From positions 2,185 to 66,184 of the forward strand of contig CAZMUA010000002.1 of assembly GCA_964569695.1 (NCBI GenBank): DNA of 64,000 bases, given 5' to 3'. Of the stretch, positions 56,517 through 64,000 are shown piece by piece (within the stretch, counting starts at the first letter, position 1; each line of letters starts with the position of its first letter). The notes beneath the pieces are model-generated. The model did not search any database. It was given only the letters and a program-made list of their open reading frames with translations, and was not told the DNA's origin. A program made the position numbers and the translations under genes. The DNA is from an uncultured Woeseiaceae bacterium. Lineage in GTDB: Bacteria > Acidobacteriota > Vicinamibacteria > Vicinamibacterales > UBA823.

Positions 56517-58022
56517 ATGATGACGAAAGCAACGACACCTGTGAAGCTAAGTGAACGCCCTCTGGCGCCAGGCCAGCATCTAATAGATGGGACTTGGATG
56601 GATAGTGTGGATGGATCTACCAAGGAAGTGATAAGCCCTATTGATGGGAAAGTTCTAACACGTATCGCGACAGGCGGAGAAGAAGACGTTGATCTCGCGG
56701 TTAGGGCAGCTCGGCGGTCCTTTGACTCAGGGGTATGGTCATTCATGTCACCGGCCCACCGTAAAAATGTGCTGACTCGACTTGCGGATCTTATCGACTT
56801 ACACAAGGAGGAGCTCGCCGTACTTGGTGTCCGAGATAACGGCACTGAGCTCAGAATGGCTCTTAAGGCAGAGTCGGGCAGTGCTGCTGGATCTTTTCGT
56901 TACTATGGAGAGGCAGTTGACAAGATCTATGGACAGATAGCCCCAACCGCTGAAGGGAGTATCGGCCTGATCTCTCGGGAGCCACTTGGTGTTGTTGGTG
57001 CAATTGTTCCTTGGAATTTTCCTCTTATGATCGCGGCCTGGAAAATTGCCCCTGCACTCGCTGCTGGTAATTCTGTTGTATTGAAACCCGCACAGTCGGC
57101 CTCTCTCAGTTTATTGGAACTGGCGCGGCTGGCCATGGAAGCTGGTATACCGAAGGGCGTCCTTAATGTTGTTACTGGAAGCGGGAGCGTTGTTGGGGAA
57201 GCTCTGGGCGTACATCCAGATGTCGACGTGCTAGCTTTCACAGGTTCGGGTGAGGTCGGACGACGTTTGTTGAACTATGCTGCCCAGTCCAATCTGAAAC
57301 GTGTCCATTTAGAATTGGGTGGGAAATCACCCAACATTGTTTTTGCGGACACACCAGATATCGATGTTGCGGCGGCTACGGCGGTTAACGGAATCTTCAG
57401 AAACTCTGGTCAGGTGTGCACTGCCGGCTCTCGCTTATTGGTGCAAGAGACTATTTATGAAGAATTTTTGGAGAAGGTAATTTCTGGAGCCGAACAGCTT
57501 GTTGTTGGCGATCCGCTAGACCCCGCTACTGATATTGGAGCAGTGCACACTTTGGATCAGTTGAAGAGCAACCTTGCGTATGTAGAAACGGCGATCGCTG
57601 AAGGTGCTGTGCTTCGTACGGGTGGAAAACGTCTCCATGAAAGTAGCGGTGGTTATTATATGGAGCCTACGGTTTTCAGCGAGGTCAGACCAGAAATGCG
57701 TATCGCTCAGGAAGAAGTGTTTGGGCCTGTTTTGGCGGTCACTTCGTTTAAGAACGAACAAGAGGCTATTGAACTTGCGAACTCTACCTCTTATGGTCTG
57801 GCTGCTGCGGTGTGGACTGGTGATTTGTCGCGAGCGCACCGCATGGTTCGCAGGATTAAGGCTGGATTGATTCATGTGAATTGCTATGGTGGTTCAGATA
57901 TTACCGTGCCTCTAGGGGGTATGAAACAGTCTGGAAGTGGGCATGATAAGTCACTGTTAGCTTTAGATAAATATACCGAGATCAAAACGGCCTGGATCAG
58001 CTTAAACGAAGGAACAAATTGA
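56517..58022 (+). CDS. NAD(P)-dependent aldehyde dehydrogenase
   Basis: VPWNFPL, LELGGKSP and GQVCTAGSR (catalytic Cys). 501 aa. It is divergent from the 10-gene operon. Confidence 0.9.
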   Translation: MMTKATTPVKLSERPLAPGQHLIDGTWMDSVDGSTKEVISPIDGKVLTRIATGGEEDVDLAVRAARRSFDSGVWSFMSPAHRKNVLTRLADLIDLHKEELAVLGVRDNGTELRMALKAESGSAAGSFRYYGEAVDKIYGQIAPTAEGSIGLISREPLGVVGAIVPWNFPLMIAAWKIAPALAAGNSVVLKPAQSASLSLLELARLAMEAGIPKGVLNVVTGSGSVVGEALGVHPDVDVLAFTGSGEVGRRLLNYAAQSNLKRVHLELGGKSPNIVFADTPDIDVAAATAVNGIFRNSGQVCTAGSRLLVQETIYEEFLEKVISGAEQLVVGDPLDPATDIGAVHTLDQLKSNLAYVETAIAEGAVLRTGGKRLHESSGGYYMEPTVFSEVRPEMRIAQEEVFGPVLAVTSFKNEQEAIELANSTSYGLAAAVWTGDLSRAHRMVRRIKAGLIHVNCYGGSDITVPLGGMKQSGSGHDKSLLALDKYTEIKTAWISLNEGTN

Positions 58023-58070
58023 AACGGTGCGGTGGAGTAATAAACAGTAGTTAATGAAGAGGAGTAAATA

Positions 58071-58559
58071 ATGAGAAAAAATAAAATACAGTGGGCATTT
58101 TGCCTAATGGCAGCATTGGCTCTAGGTGCTGCCCCAATGGCCCATGCCGATGACCGGGATGATGTTGAAGCCGTAATTAATCAATATATCGATTCAGAAG
58201 GTTTTGATTTAGCAGAACAAACAAAACTCATGGCAAGTGATCGGACCTATATTTTCGGCGGTATGAGATATTCAAATAACGATAAATCCATGGCTTTGCA
58301 AACCGCTGGTAACGCAGTCATTACAGCAGCAAATCCTGACGCTCAAAGGATCGCTACCATTGAAGATTTAGAAATTCGCGTAAATGGCAATGCGGCTCTT
58401 GCCAGTTTCTATAGAACAATCAATGACACAAATAGTGTAGAGAATGTTCGTGCTGGACAAGATGCGCTGATCACTATTTATCAAACTGCAACGATGGTGT
58501 TATTTAAAATGGATGATGGTTGGAAAATAGTACACACACATTTATCTCCAACCAAGTAA
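58071..58559 (+). CDS. Secreted NTF2-fold protein (SnoaL/DUF4440-like)
   Basis: It has a signal peptide, a size of about 135 aa mature, and the C-terminal ...LFKMDDGWKIVHTHLSP ending typical of DUF4440/SnoaL-type proteins. Confidence 0.55.
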   Translation: MRKNKIQWAFCLMAALALGAAPMAHADDRDDVEAVINQYIDSEGFDLAEQTKLMASDRTYIFGGMRYSNNDKSMALQTAGNAVITAANPDAQRIATIEDLEIRVNGNAALASFYRTINDTNSVENVRAGQDALITIYQTATMVLFKMDDGWKIVHTHLSPTK

Positions 58560-58572
58560 GTTTATTCTACTA

Positions 58573-58607
58573 GCAGTGATAGCCAGTCAATTCCTGGCTA
58601 TCACTGC
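58573..58607 (+). terminator. Perfect 14-bp stem-loop 14 nt after the 58071-58559 stop, without a canonical U tract
   Basis: gcagtgatagccag / tcaattc / ctggctatcactgc, read directly from the sequence. No T run follows, so a terminator function is not certain. Confidence 0.45.
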
Positions 58608-58785
58608 CATGTGGAATCCGTTCTCTACTTTCAATACTTTCCAACCTTGTTTCATTCTGAAAATCTCTATGAAAAAAGCCTCGCCTTGAAGGAGACGGTC
58701 ACTTATGTGGAAGCCTGAAATAAAGGGCACTGTCCGGTTAGCCAGTTAGCTGAGTGTTCGGCAAAACTTGCTCTCTCCTAAACAT

Positions 58786-59388
58786 TTAAAAGCCCGTGGT
58801 TTGGTAGGTCAGGAAATGGTATCCCTCTTCCTGAAGATTTACGATGGCTGTCATAGCCGAAAGCGCACTCTTCACCGGCGCTGCGACTTCATCCGCACCA
58901 GTGCCGCTGAAGATTCGACTTTGTTCACAGAGGTAGATATTTACCCCTGCGTCACTTAATGCGTTTAAGAGTGGTAGATTCGGATTGTCGACCGTATGTC
59001 GCTTCCGGTAGGCTTCATTCGTCAATGCTGTTTGAGTGCCGCCACCATGCAACACGATGGCTAGCTGTATATTTTCTGGCTGCACGCCCGCATGCGCATG
59101 CAAATTCACAAATCGAGCAGCCGTTTCAAGTCTCATATGAGGACCGGTAGGGTCGCCAAGGGCTTGGAATATTTCAAATACAACCTTGTACACCATGTCA
59201 GTGTTCGTCTTGAATGCTGCATTTGGTAGATCAACATGCTGTCCAAAATTGTGTATAAGCGGGCCATTATGTAGGTCGTTGCGAGAGTTTTGCGCGCTCG
59301 AGGACTTTACTGTCAAAAGTATTGATGCGAATATGACGACACCGAATATAAAAATGTGGTTCATTCGTAGTGAATTAAGGGTCAGCAT
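58786..59388 (-). CDS. Secreted DsrE/DsrF-like (COG1416-type) protein, copy 2
   Basis: I counted 36 mismatches across the 195 residues aligned with copy 1 (16323-16910), and the signal peptide is included in that alignment. The copy-1 stop codon position reads CAA here, which adds QTTGF. Confidence 0.65.
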   Translation of the reverse strand: MLTLNSLRMNHIFIFGVVIFASILLTVKSSSAQNSRNDLHNGPLIHNFGQHVDLPNAAFKTNTDMVYKVVFEIFQALGDPTGPHMRLETAARFVNLHAHAGVQPENIQLAIVLHGGGTQTALTNEAYRKRHTVDNPNLPLLNALSDAGVNIYLCEQSRIFSGTGADEVAAPVKSALSAMTAIVNLQEEGYHFLTYQTTGF

Positions 59389-59407
59389 TTAGTTCTCGGC
59401 TCCTATT
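58793..59407 (-). repeat. Dispersed direct repeat, copy 2
   Basis: Collinear with 16315-16929 at an offset of 42478 nt. Confidence 0.85.
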
Positions 59408-59482
59408 CTGAACAGTGTGCATAGAGGGCGAAGTTTGACTTGCTGGCTAAGCAGTCTTCCATCCAGGGAATTGGAACACGCC

Positions 59483-59698
59483 TTACTCGGTCGTTGGTGG
59501 ATCGTTAGTCAATGGCCGACAAGTCATATCTTGACTGCCACACCCCCACACTTGACCGGTCACGGTGTCAATTTTCCAGACTCCAGCGCCAGAACTCGAC
59601 GTGAATTGGTCTCGTCCATTCCACCCGACCAGAAAGTATGACACCACGAAAAGAAACGCGATCAGCATCATCCCAAACATCCACATCTTATTCTGCAT
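59483..59698 (-). CDS. Small (71-aa) membrane-anchored protein of unknown function
   Basis: The ATG at 59698 is preceded by a strong ggaggg. One N-terminal TM segment (MWMFGMMLIAFLFVVSYFLVGW) is followed by a short tail with two Cys (VWGCGSQDMTC). Confidence 0.45.
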   Translation of the reverse strand: MQNKMWMFGMMLIAFLFVVSYFLVGWNGRDQFTSSSGAGVWKIDTVTGQVWGCGSQDMTCRPLTNDPPTTE

Positions 59699-59784
59699 AA
59701 TCCCTCCAGTGTGATTGCCCATACGGTATCCCGGTTTGGAGATTAATTCTAGGAGACCGAATGTCCGGTTAGCGTTGAAAGTCT

Positions 59785-59831
59785 TTATAAAAACAAAAGG
59801 TCCCGCCTTGAAACAAGACGAGACCTTTTTT
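59785..59831 (-). terminator. Rho-independent terminator after the HisC-like gene
   Basis: On the minus strand the stem is ggtctcg...cgggacc (one mismatch), extended by A/T pairs, and is followed by ttttgttttta. It begins about 18 nt after the stop at 59849. Confidence 0.75.
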
Positions 59832-59848
59832 CTGATAGTAAATGAAGG

Positions 59849-60994
59849 TTATGTTTCCAGCACTCTCTTGAAAACCTCCATCGCCTGTTCCATGTTTTCC
59901 ATGGTGCCGAGCGAGATTCGGGCGTGTGTATTTTCCATCGGAGGGAAGTCACGTCCGACCCTGATACCGTGCGTCCGGCACGCGTCCCTGAACTCTGACG
60001 CCGGACGATCGATATTGACAAACACAAAGTTTGTTTGCGAATCAGGGGCGTCAAACCCCATCGCTTCGAATTGCGAAAGAGTCCAGTCGCGGATACGTTT
60101 GTTTTCCTGGCGTTCCCACTCCATGTGAGCGGTATCCTCGATGGCTGCAATCCCGGCGACAGATTGGAGTTCGTTAATGCTACCCAGGCCCCAAGATTGA
60201 CGGAGTTTGGTGAGTGTTTCAGGCTGTCCAATTCCGTAACCCATGCGCATTCCAGCCATGCCGAAGGCTTTTGAAAATGTTCGAGTCATGAACACGTCAG
60301 GGTACTCAAGTGAAATCTGGTCGCCTGACCCAATACCCGGCGCGGTGGAGTAATGAATGTACGCTTCGTCAATGAGAATAGCTGTGTCTGGGGAGCGTTG
60401 CTTGATCGCCCGGACTGCCGCTTCAATTTCTGCGAGTGTATGGATCGTTGAAGTCGGGTTATTGGGGTTGCAAAGAAATACCAAACCGGCGCCTACTGAC
60501 ACGTCAACCATGGCGTCGATGTCGAGATAGAGATCAGGTCTGACCGGAATCGATCGTTCAGCGCCGCGCATGTAGGAGGGATCTCCCGAAACGAGCGGAC
60601 GTGAATCCGTTACGTAAGCGCGCTGCGCTGCCTGTAAAATTGCTCCTGACCCGGTTGCCGTAATCACGTTCTCAGGTTCAACGTTGTGGGCTTTTGCAAG
60701 AGCGGCGCTAAATGCACGACTACTCAGTACGGGGTACCCGTAACCAAGTTCGATTGAGGGATGTTGTTTTAAGACTTCTATGACTTTGGGGCTGGGTCCT
60801 CGGAGATTTTCATTACTACTCAGTTTAATGTCAGTGGAACCAGTTGAAGCCTGCAGAGCGCTCTCGAGCGCTAAATCCTCATATCCAAGTGCGGTTAATT
60901 CTTCGTGTCCGTGTCCAATGATAAAAGAAGCTGAAGCAAGTCCGGCAGTACCTCTGCCGAGTTGCTGGACAAATGCACGACGTGAGAGTGCCAT
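59849..60994 (-). CDS. HisC-like class I/II PLP aminotransferase with a twin-arginine signal
   Basis: Tat signal MALSRRAFVQQLGRGTAGLASASFIIG, then KLSSNENLRGPSP (histidinol-phosphate aminotransferase-type block), LCNPNNPT and TRTFSKAFGMAGMRMGY (PLP-Lys block). Confidence 0.8.
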   Translation of the reverse strand: MALSRRAFVQQLGRGTAGLASASFIIGHGHEELTALGYEDLALESALQASTGSTDIKLSSNENLRGPSPKVIEVLKQHPSIELGYGYPVLSSRAFSAALAKAHNVEPENVITATGSGAILQAAQRAYVTDSRPLVSGDPSYMRGAERSIPVRPDLYLDIDAMVDVSVGAGLVFLCNPNNPTSTIHTLAEIEAAVRAIKQRSPDTAILIDEAYIHYSTAPGIGSGDQISLEYPDVFMTRTFSKAFGMAGMRMGYGIGQPETLTKLRQSWGLGSINELQSVAGIAAIEDTAHMEWERQENKRIRDWTLSQFEAMGFDAPDSQTNFVFVNIDRPASEFRDACRTHGIRVGRDFPPMENTHARISLGTMENMEQAMEVFKRVLET

Positions 60995-61153
60995 ATGGTC
61001 CTCCTAGAACCTACGTATCGTGGATGTCACGATGACTAGGGTTTCTTTAATAAATGCCCAAATGTGGACCCTATCTTTAAAAGTCCTCGTTTACAGAGAT
61101 ACCACAGTAATCTTCCAAAGAACTTCGGTCAAGTGTGATCTCATTAAGGTGTA

Positions 61154-61951
61154 TTAGTTCCCAGGATCACGCCACGGTGGACTAAATGGTTTGATCCGAC
61201 CCTCCCACAGGGAGCGGTTGTTCTCTTGGCAGACATATTCCATTAGTTCCCCTTCGAATGGGGTAAAAATGCGCTCATTCGTCCAGGGTTTGGTGTACGT
61301 TTTTGGATCATCTATTGTTACTGTGAAATGGATATTGCCATTTTCGAGTAAATCAAAGGTTTGCACCAGATGTAGTTCATTGCTATGCGGATGTCCTCTT
61401 GTGTCGAGTCTGGTGTAGCCATTGAATCCAGTTGTTTCAATGATCAGGGTGTCGTCTTCCCAGCGCCCGAGGGAGTGTCCGTACCAGGCAGGTTCTTGAT
61501 AGTCCGGTAGTCCGCGTCCATCGAGAGGTACGACATGAAACCAATATCCGATCTCATATAGGAATGAGAGGTGGGTCTCATTTTGCATGATCCGCATCGG
61601 AAACGGTCCGCTGATAGATCGAGGCAGACCGAACGGCATACAGTTTGCCGTATAGTCTCCGTCTCGTGGGTCGTAATCCGTCCAATTCTCTAGACCCCAT
61701 TGTGTATACGGGAGTTCCGAAGGCCCTTCATGCCCAGGTCTAGCCTGAGTCATATCTGGCACGTACGGCCGTGCCCAGATACCGTTAAAATCAGGTTTGC
61801 CATTTGAAAGGCGTGGAATGCTCTTCGAAGGTAACGAAGGATCATTTAAGGCTGTTAGTTGAGAACTGCCCAGCAGCGCCACGTTGAAATTTTGAGTTAG
61901 CAACCCAATAGCAATGCCAGCAATCAGACCGAAAAGCACGCGCATATTCAT
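61154..61951 (-). CDS. Secreted/anchored protein of unknown function
   Basis: 265 aa with an N-terminal hydrophobic segment. The Trp/Tyr-rich body carries CMPFGLP and YVCQENN. I cannot name the family. Confidence 0.6.
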   Translation of the reverse strand: MNMRVLFGLIAGIAIGLLTQNFNVALLGSSQLTALNDPSLPSKSIPRLSNGKPDFNGIWARPYVPDMTQARPGHEGPSELPYTQWGLENWTDYDPRDGDYTANCMPFGLPRSISGPFPMRIMQNETHLSFLYEIGYWFHVVPLDGRGLPDYQEPAWYGHSLGRWEDDTLIIETTGFNGYTRLDTRGHPHSNELHLVQTFDLLENGNIHFTVTIDDPKTYTKPWTNERIFTPFEGELMEYVCQENNRSLWEGRIKPFSPPWRDPGN

Positions 61952-62141
61952 AAGGTGCGCCTCCTTGGCGATTTATTATCTTCCTTAATATAAATTACAC
62001 TTTTGGTTGGTTGCATGTGCATAGTAGTCTACACCGTCAGGCCTTTATTTGGACACTTGCGTTATAGTCCGCGCGATGAGAAAATGCATTTCGTCTATGG
62101 GATTGGTGTAATTTCCTAACCTTGGGTAGTAGGAGGTAACA

Positions 62142-62543
62142 ATGAGCAGCACACAATCTATTTGTTTAGTGGGCCTTGGCTTGCTTCTCCTGTGTGTGCC
62201 GGTTGTGGGACACCATTCTTTTGCTGCAGAATTTGACAGAAATTCTCCTGTCAATGTAACTGGTCCAGTTACAAAGATTGAGTGGTTCAATCCTCATGTC
62301 TGGTTCTTTATGGACAGTACGGATGATGCTGGCGAGGTGACGAGCTGGGCGATGGAGATGGGGAGCCCTAATCAACTTGTGCGGGCCGGATGGACTCGGC
62401 AAACTATGAGTATTGGTGACGTCGTCACTGTAGAGGGTAGTCGTGCTTATGACGAGACCAATAATGCGAGTGCCCGCGTTGTAACACTGGCTGAGACCGG
62501 TCAGCGATTATTCGCAGCCTCAAGTCAAGGTCGTACGCCGTAA
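62142..62543 (+). CDS. Small secreted protein, DUF6152-like
   Basis: It has a signal peptide, and the mature N-terminus HHSFAAEFD...PV-VTGPVTKIEWFNPHVWF is the pattern I recall for DUF6152. Confidence 0.55.
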   Translation: MSSTQSICLVGLGLLLLCVPVVGHHSFAAEFDRNSPVNVTGPVTKIEWFNPHVWFFMDSTDDAGEVTSWAMEMGSPNQLVRAGWTRQTMSIGDVVTVEGSRAYDETNNASARVVTLAETGQRLFAASSQGRTP

Positions 62544-62560
62544 GACTGATTGCCTACATA

Positions 62561-62605
62561 AAAAAGGTCGGGGCCCTCACGTGGAGAACCCCGACGCTTT
62601 ATTTT
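62561..62605. terminator. Bidirectional rho-independent terminator between convergent genes
   Basis: Stem gtcgggg / ccccgac flanked by aaaaa on the left and gctttatttt on the right, so a U tract follows the hairpin on either strand. Confidence 0.7.
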
Positions 62606-62621
62606 CTCGTGTAACCAACCG

Positions 62622-63788
62622 CTACGCGATTAGCACCTTCCGCGGAAATTGCCCGTTACGTTCGAGGAAGGTTTTCTTGGTTTCTTGTTCTGCGGCTGTC
62701 GGCTGCACCTTCCCTGTGCTATCCGTCACACGCGACACAATTGTGTGCTCTCCTGCCGTTGCGTCATTCCAGTCATACGTGAAGAACTTCCAAGAGTACT
62801 TGGAGTTTGTCCGTGAATCCAAAGTCGCCGGCTGCCACGTACCATCATCTATTTTCACTTCGACAGACTGGAGGGGCGTTCCATCGTGTAGCACGATTCC
62901 AAAGATCTTGTGACGATTACCGTCGTGCGTCACACGCGCAATGAAGGATTTCAGCCGCATACGGGTAATTGCGGTTTCTTTCCATTTCATTTCGCCATTC
63001 ACCATGACTCCTCGCAAGGTTCGATATTGCCGAGCTTGGTGTTTGCCAAGATACTGGTCTTCTTGAACATGGATTTCAGCAAGCCACTTCACTTGCGCCA
63101 TTCCATACCATCCAGGAACAAGTAGTCGAAGGGGAAAACCCTGATGACGAGTGAGAGGTTCTCCGTTCAGTGCGTAGGCGAGCATTGGTTCAGATGAGAG
63201 TGCCTTCTCTCGAGAGAGGCTGCGGCCATACTGCTGGTCAACCGGAAAAGTCGTTCCTCGGAAGGGAACCTCTTCTTCACCTCGGTCTGCTCCAAAAAAG
63301 ACAACGTCTTTTGCCGAGGAAGATACACCGGCTTTGTCCAACACGGTCCGCAGTGGGACGCCGGTCCAGCTTCCGTTACCACAGAGTCCATTGACTGGAC
63401 CACCATTACCAGAACATTCGAATCCGAAGACAAGGTCCTTGCTTGGCATCTCTCTAAGATCATCGAGTGAAAGTGAGAGTGGTTCATTGACAAGTCCCGA
63501 GACATGAAGACGGTAAGAGTCTCCGTCGACAACTGGGTGTCCGTAATGTTGTGTCGTCGCCCATTGGTCTGCAGGAGGGTAGATGACGCCATCAATATTC
63601 CGAATATCAATCATGCGACGTTCAGCACCACGAACGAGACGCATATTGTCTGGCAGGTCGAGGAAGTCGACCAGGGTTTCATTTTGCGCCAAGGCTGGCA
63701 AAACCCATTCAGGAACTCCAAAGGCTCCTAAACCTGCCAATGCCAGGCTACTTTTCAGAATGTCGCGACGTGTGCTTGATGTGGTCAT
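62622..63788 (-). CDS. Sulfite-oxidase-family molybdoenzyme (SorA-like, with C-terminal dimerisation-type domain) and a twin-arginine signal
   Basis: Tat signal MTTSSTRRDILKSSLALAGLGAFG and a Mo-ligand Cys block FGFECSGNGG. The length allows a C-terminal Ig-like domain. The ATG at 63788 is preceded by aaagga; the track start at 63806 is TTG. Confidence 0.8.
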   Translation of the reverse strand: MTTSSTRRDILKSSLALAGLGAFGVPEWVLPALAQNETLVDFLDLPDNMRLVRGAERRMIDIRNIDGVIYPPADQWATTQHYGHPVVDGDSYRLHVSGLVNEPLSLSLDDLREMPSKDLVFGFECSGNGGPVNGLCGNGSWTGVPLRTVLDKAGVSSSAKDVVFFGADRGEEEVPFRGTTFPVDQQYGRSLSREKALSSEPMLAYALNGEPLTRHQGFPLRLLVPGWYGMAQVKWLAEIHVQEDQYLGKHQARQYRTLRGVMVNGEMKWKETAITRMRLKSFIARVTHDGNRHKIFGIVLHDGTPLQSVEVKIDDGTWQPATLDSRTNSKYSWKFFTYDWNDATAGEHTIVSRVTDSTGKVQPTAAEQETKKTFLERNGQFPRKVLIA

Positions 63789-64000
63789 CTTTGGTCCTTT
63801 CCGCAACCAAAAGTCGTTTGAAATTATAGCCGAATGCCTTATCGTGGTTCGGCTTCATGAATTCCACTTCTAATACATAAGTTATTGTTGCCACTACTCT
63901 CCGTTATTGTTGTTCTCCCGCAAGTTCCGTGAGTGTATTTGCGAGTGAACGGAGGCGTGACGCACCCCCTGGCAATAAATTGGCATCATCGTTCAATTCG

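Noticed and set aside
59715-60231. ORFs of 137 aa (plus strand) and 148 aa (minus strand, alternate frame) overlapping the HisC-like gene and its terminator
   Set aside because: The aminotransferase frame carries the family motifs. The alternative frames run through a terminator hairpin and have no motifs.
63904-63999. A possible 3' end of a minus-strand ORF at the right edge (…ELNDDANLLPGGASRLRSLANTLTELAGEQQ*)
   Set aside because: Only 31 codons are visible and there is no motif. It is too short to call.
1-64000. Search by eye for tRNA, rRNA, CRISPR arrays, large intergenic ncRNAs or riboswitches
   Set aside because: The intergenic gaps are short, the longest being about 266 nt at 45334-45599. 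None showed regularly spaced repeats, cloverleaf-like structure or a conserved riboswitch core that I could recognise. Covariance-model scanning would be needed to exclude small RNAs.

Overview
A 64-kb chromosomal segment from a Gram-negative bacterium with moderate GC. Its gene families suggest a marine heterotroph, but that is inference. I support about 55 protein genes. I saw no rRNA, tRNA, CRISPR array, transposase, integrase or phage gene. From left to right the window holds: a TRAP transporter (dctPQM) with a class V aminotransferase; an NSS-family Na+ symporter; typA; the histidine-utilisation genes hutI and hutUH; a periplasmic redox/sulfur neighbourhood (HupE-like protein, cytochrome c', endostatin-like secreted protein, TsdA-like dihaem cytochrome, an internally duplicated secreted protein, a DsrE-like protein); a DUF1592 / DUF1552 / ankyrin operon; a cluster of export-signal-bearing cofactor enzymes (creatininase-like, two Tat-FAD oxidases, a Tat-PLP C-S lyase, an M28 peptidase); the homoprotocatechuate meta-cleavage genes hpaD, hpaE and hpaF, placed divergently from a 7-gene operon (DapA-like aldolase, FAH, a MarR/HpaR-decarboxylase fusion, hydantoinase A/B, a second NSS symporter, an arylsulfatase); a UbiD decarboxylase; a tightly coupled 10-gene operon (HAD, class III aminotransferase, UPF0261, LigAB, formamidase, a three-subunit molybdenum hydroxylase, a CysO-like sulfur carrier); an aldehyde dehydrogenase; a second DsrE-like paralog; a Tat-signal HisC-like aminotransferase; and a SorA-like sulfite-oxidase-family enzyme. 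The strongest candidates for something undescribed are: (1) the in-frame HpaR(MarR)-PLP decarboxylase fusion and its operon; (2) the 10-gene molybdenum hydroxylase / LigAB / formamidase operon ending in a translationally coupled GG-terminated sulfur carrier; (3) the cluster of Tat/Sec-targeted PLP, FAD and creatininase-fold enzymes. Six proteins in the window carry twin-arginine signals. Several ORF-track starts are TTG/GTG extensions, and I trimmed these to ATG codons preceded by a Shine-Dalgarno sequence. All family assignments come from reading motifs by eye and from remembered reference sequences. No database search was run.
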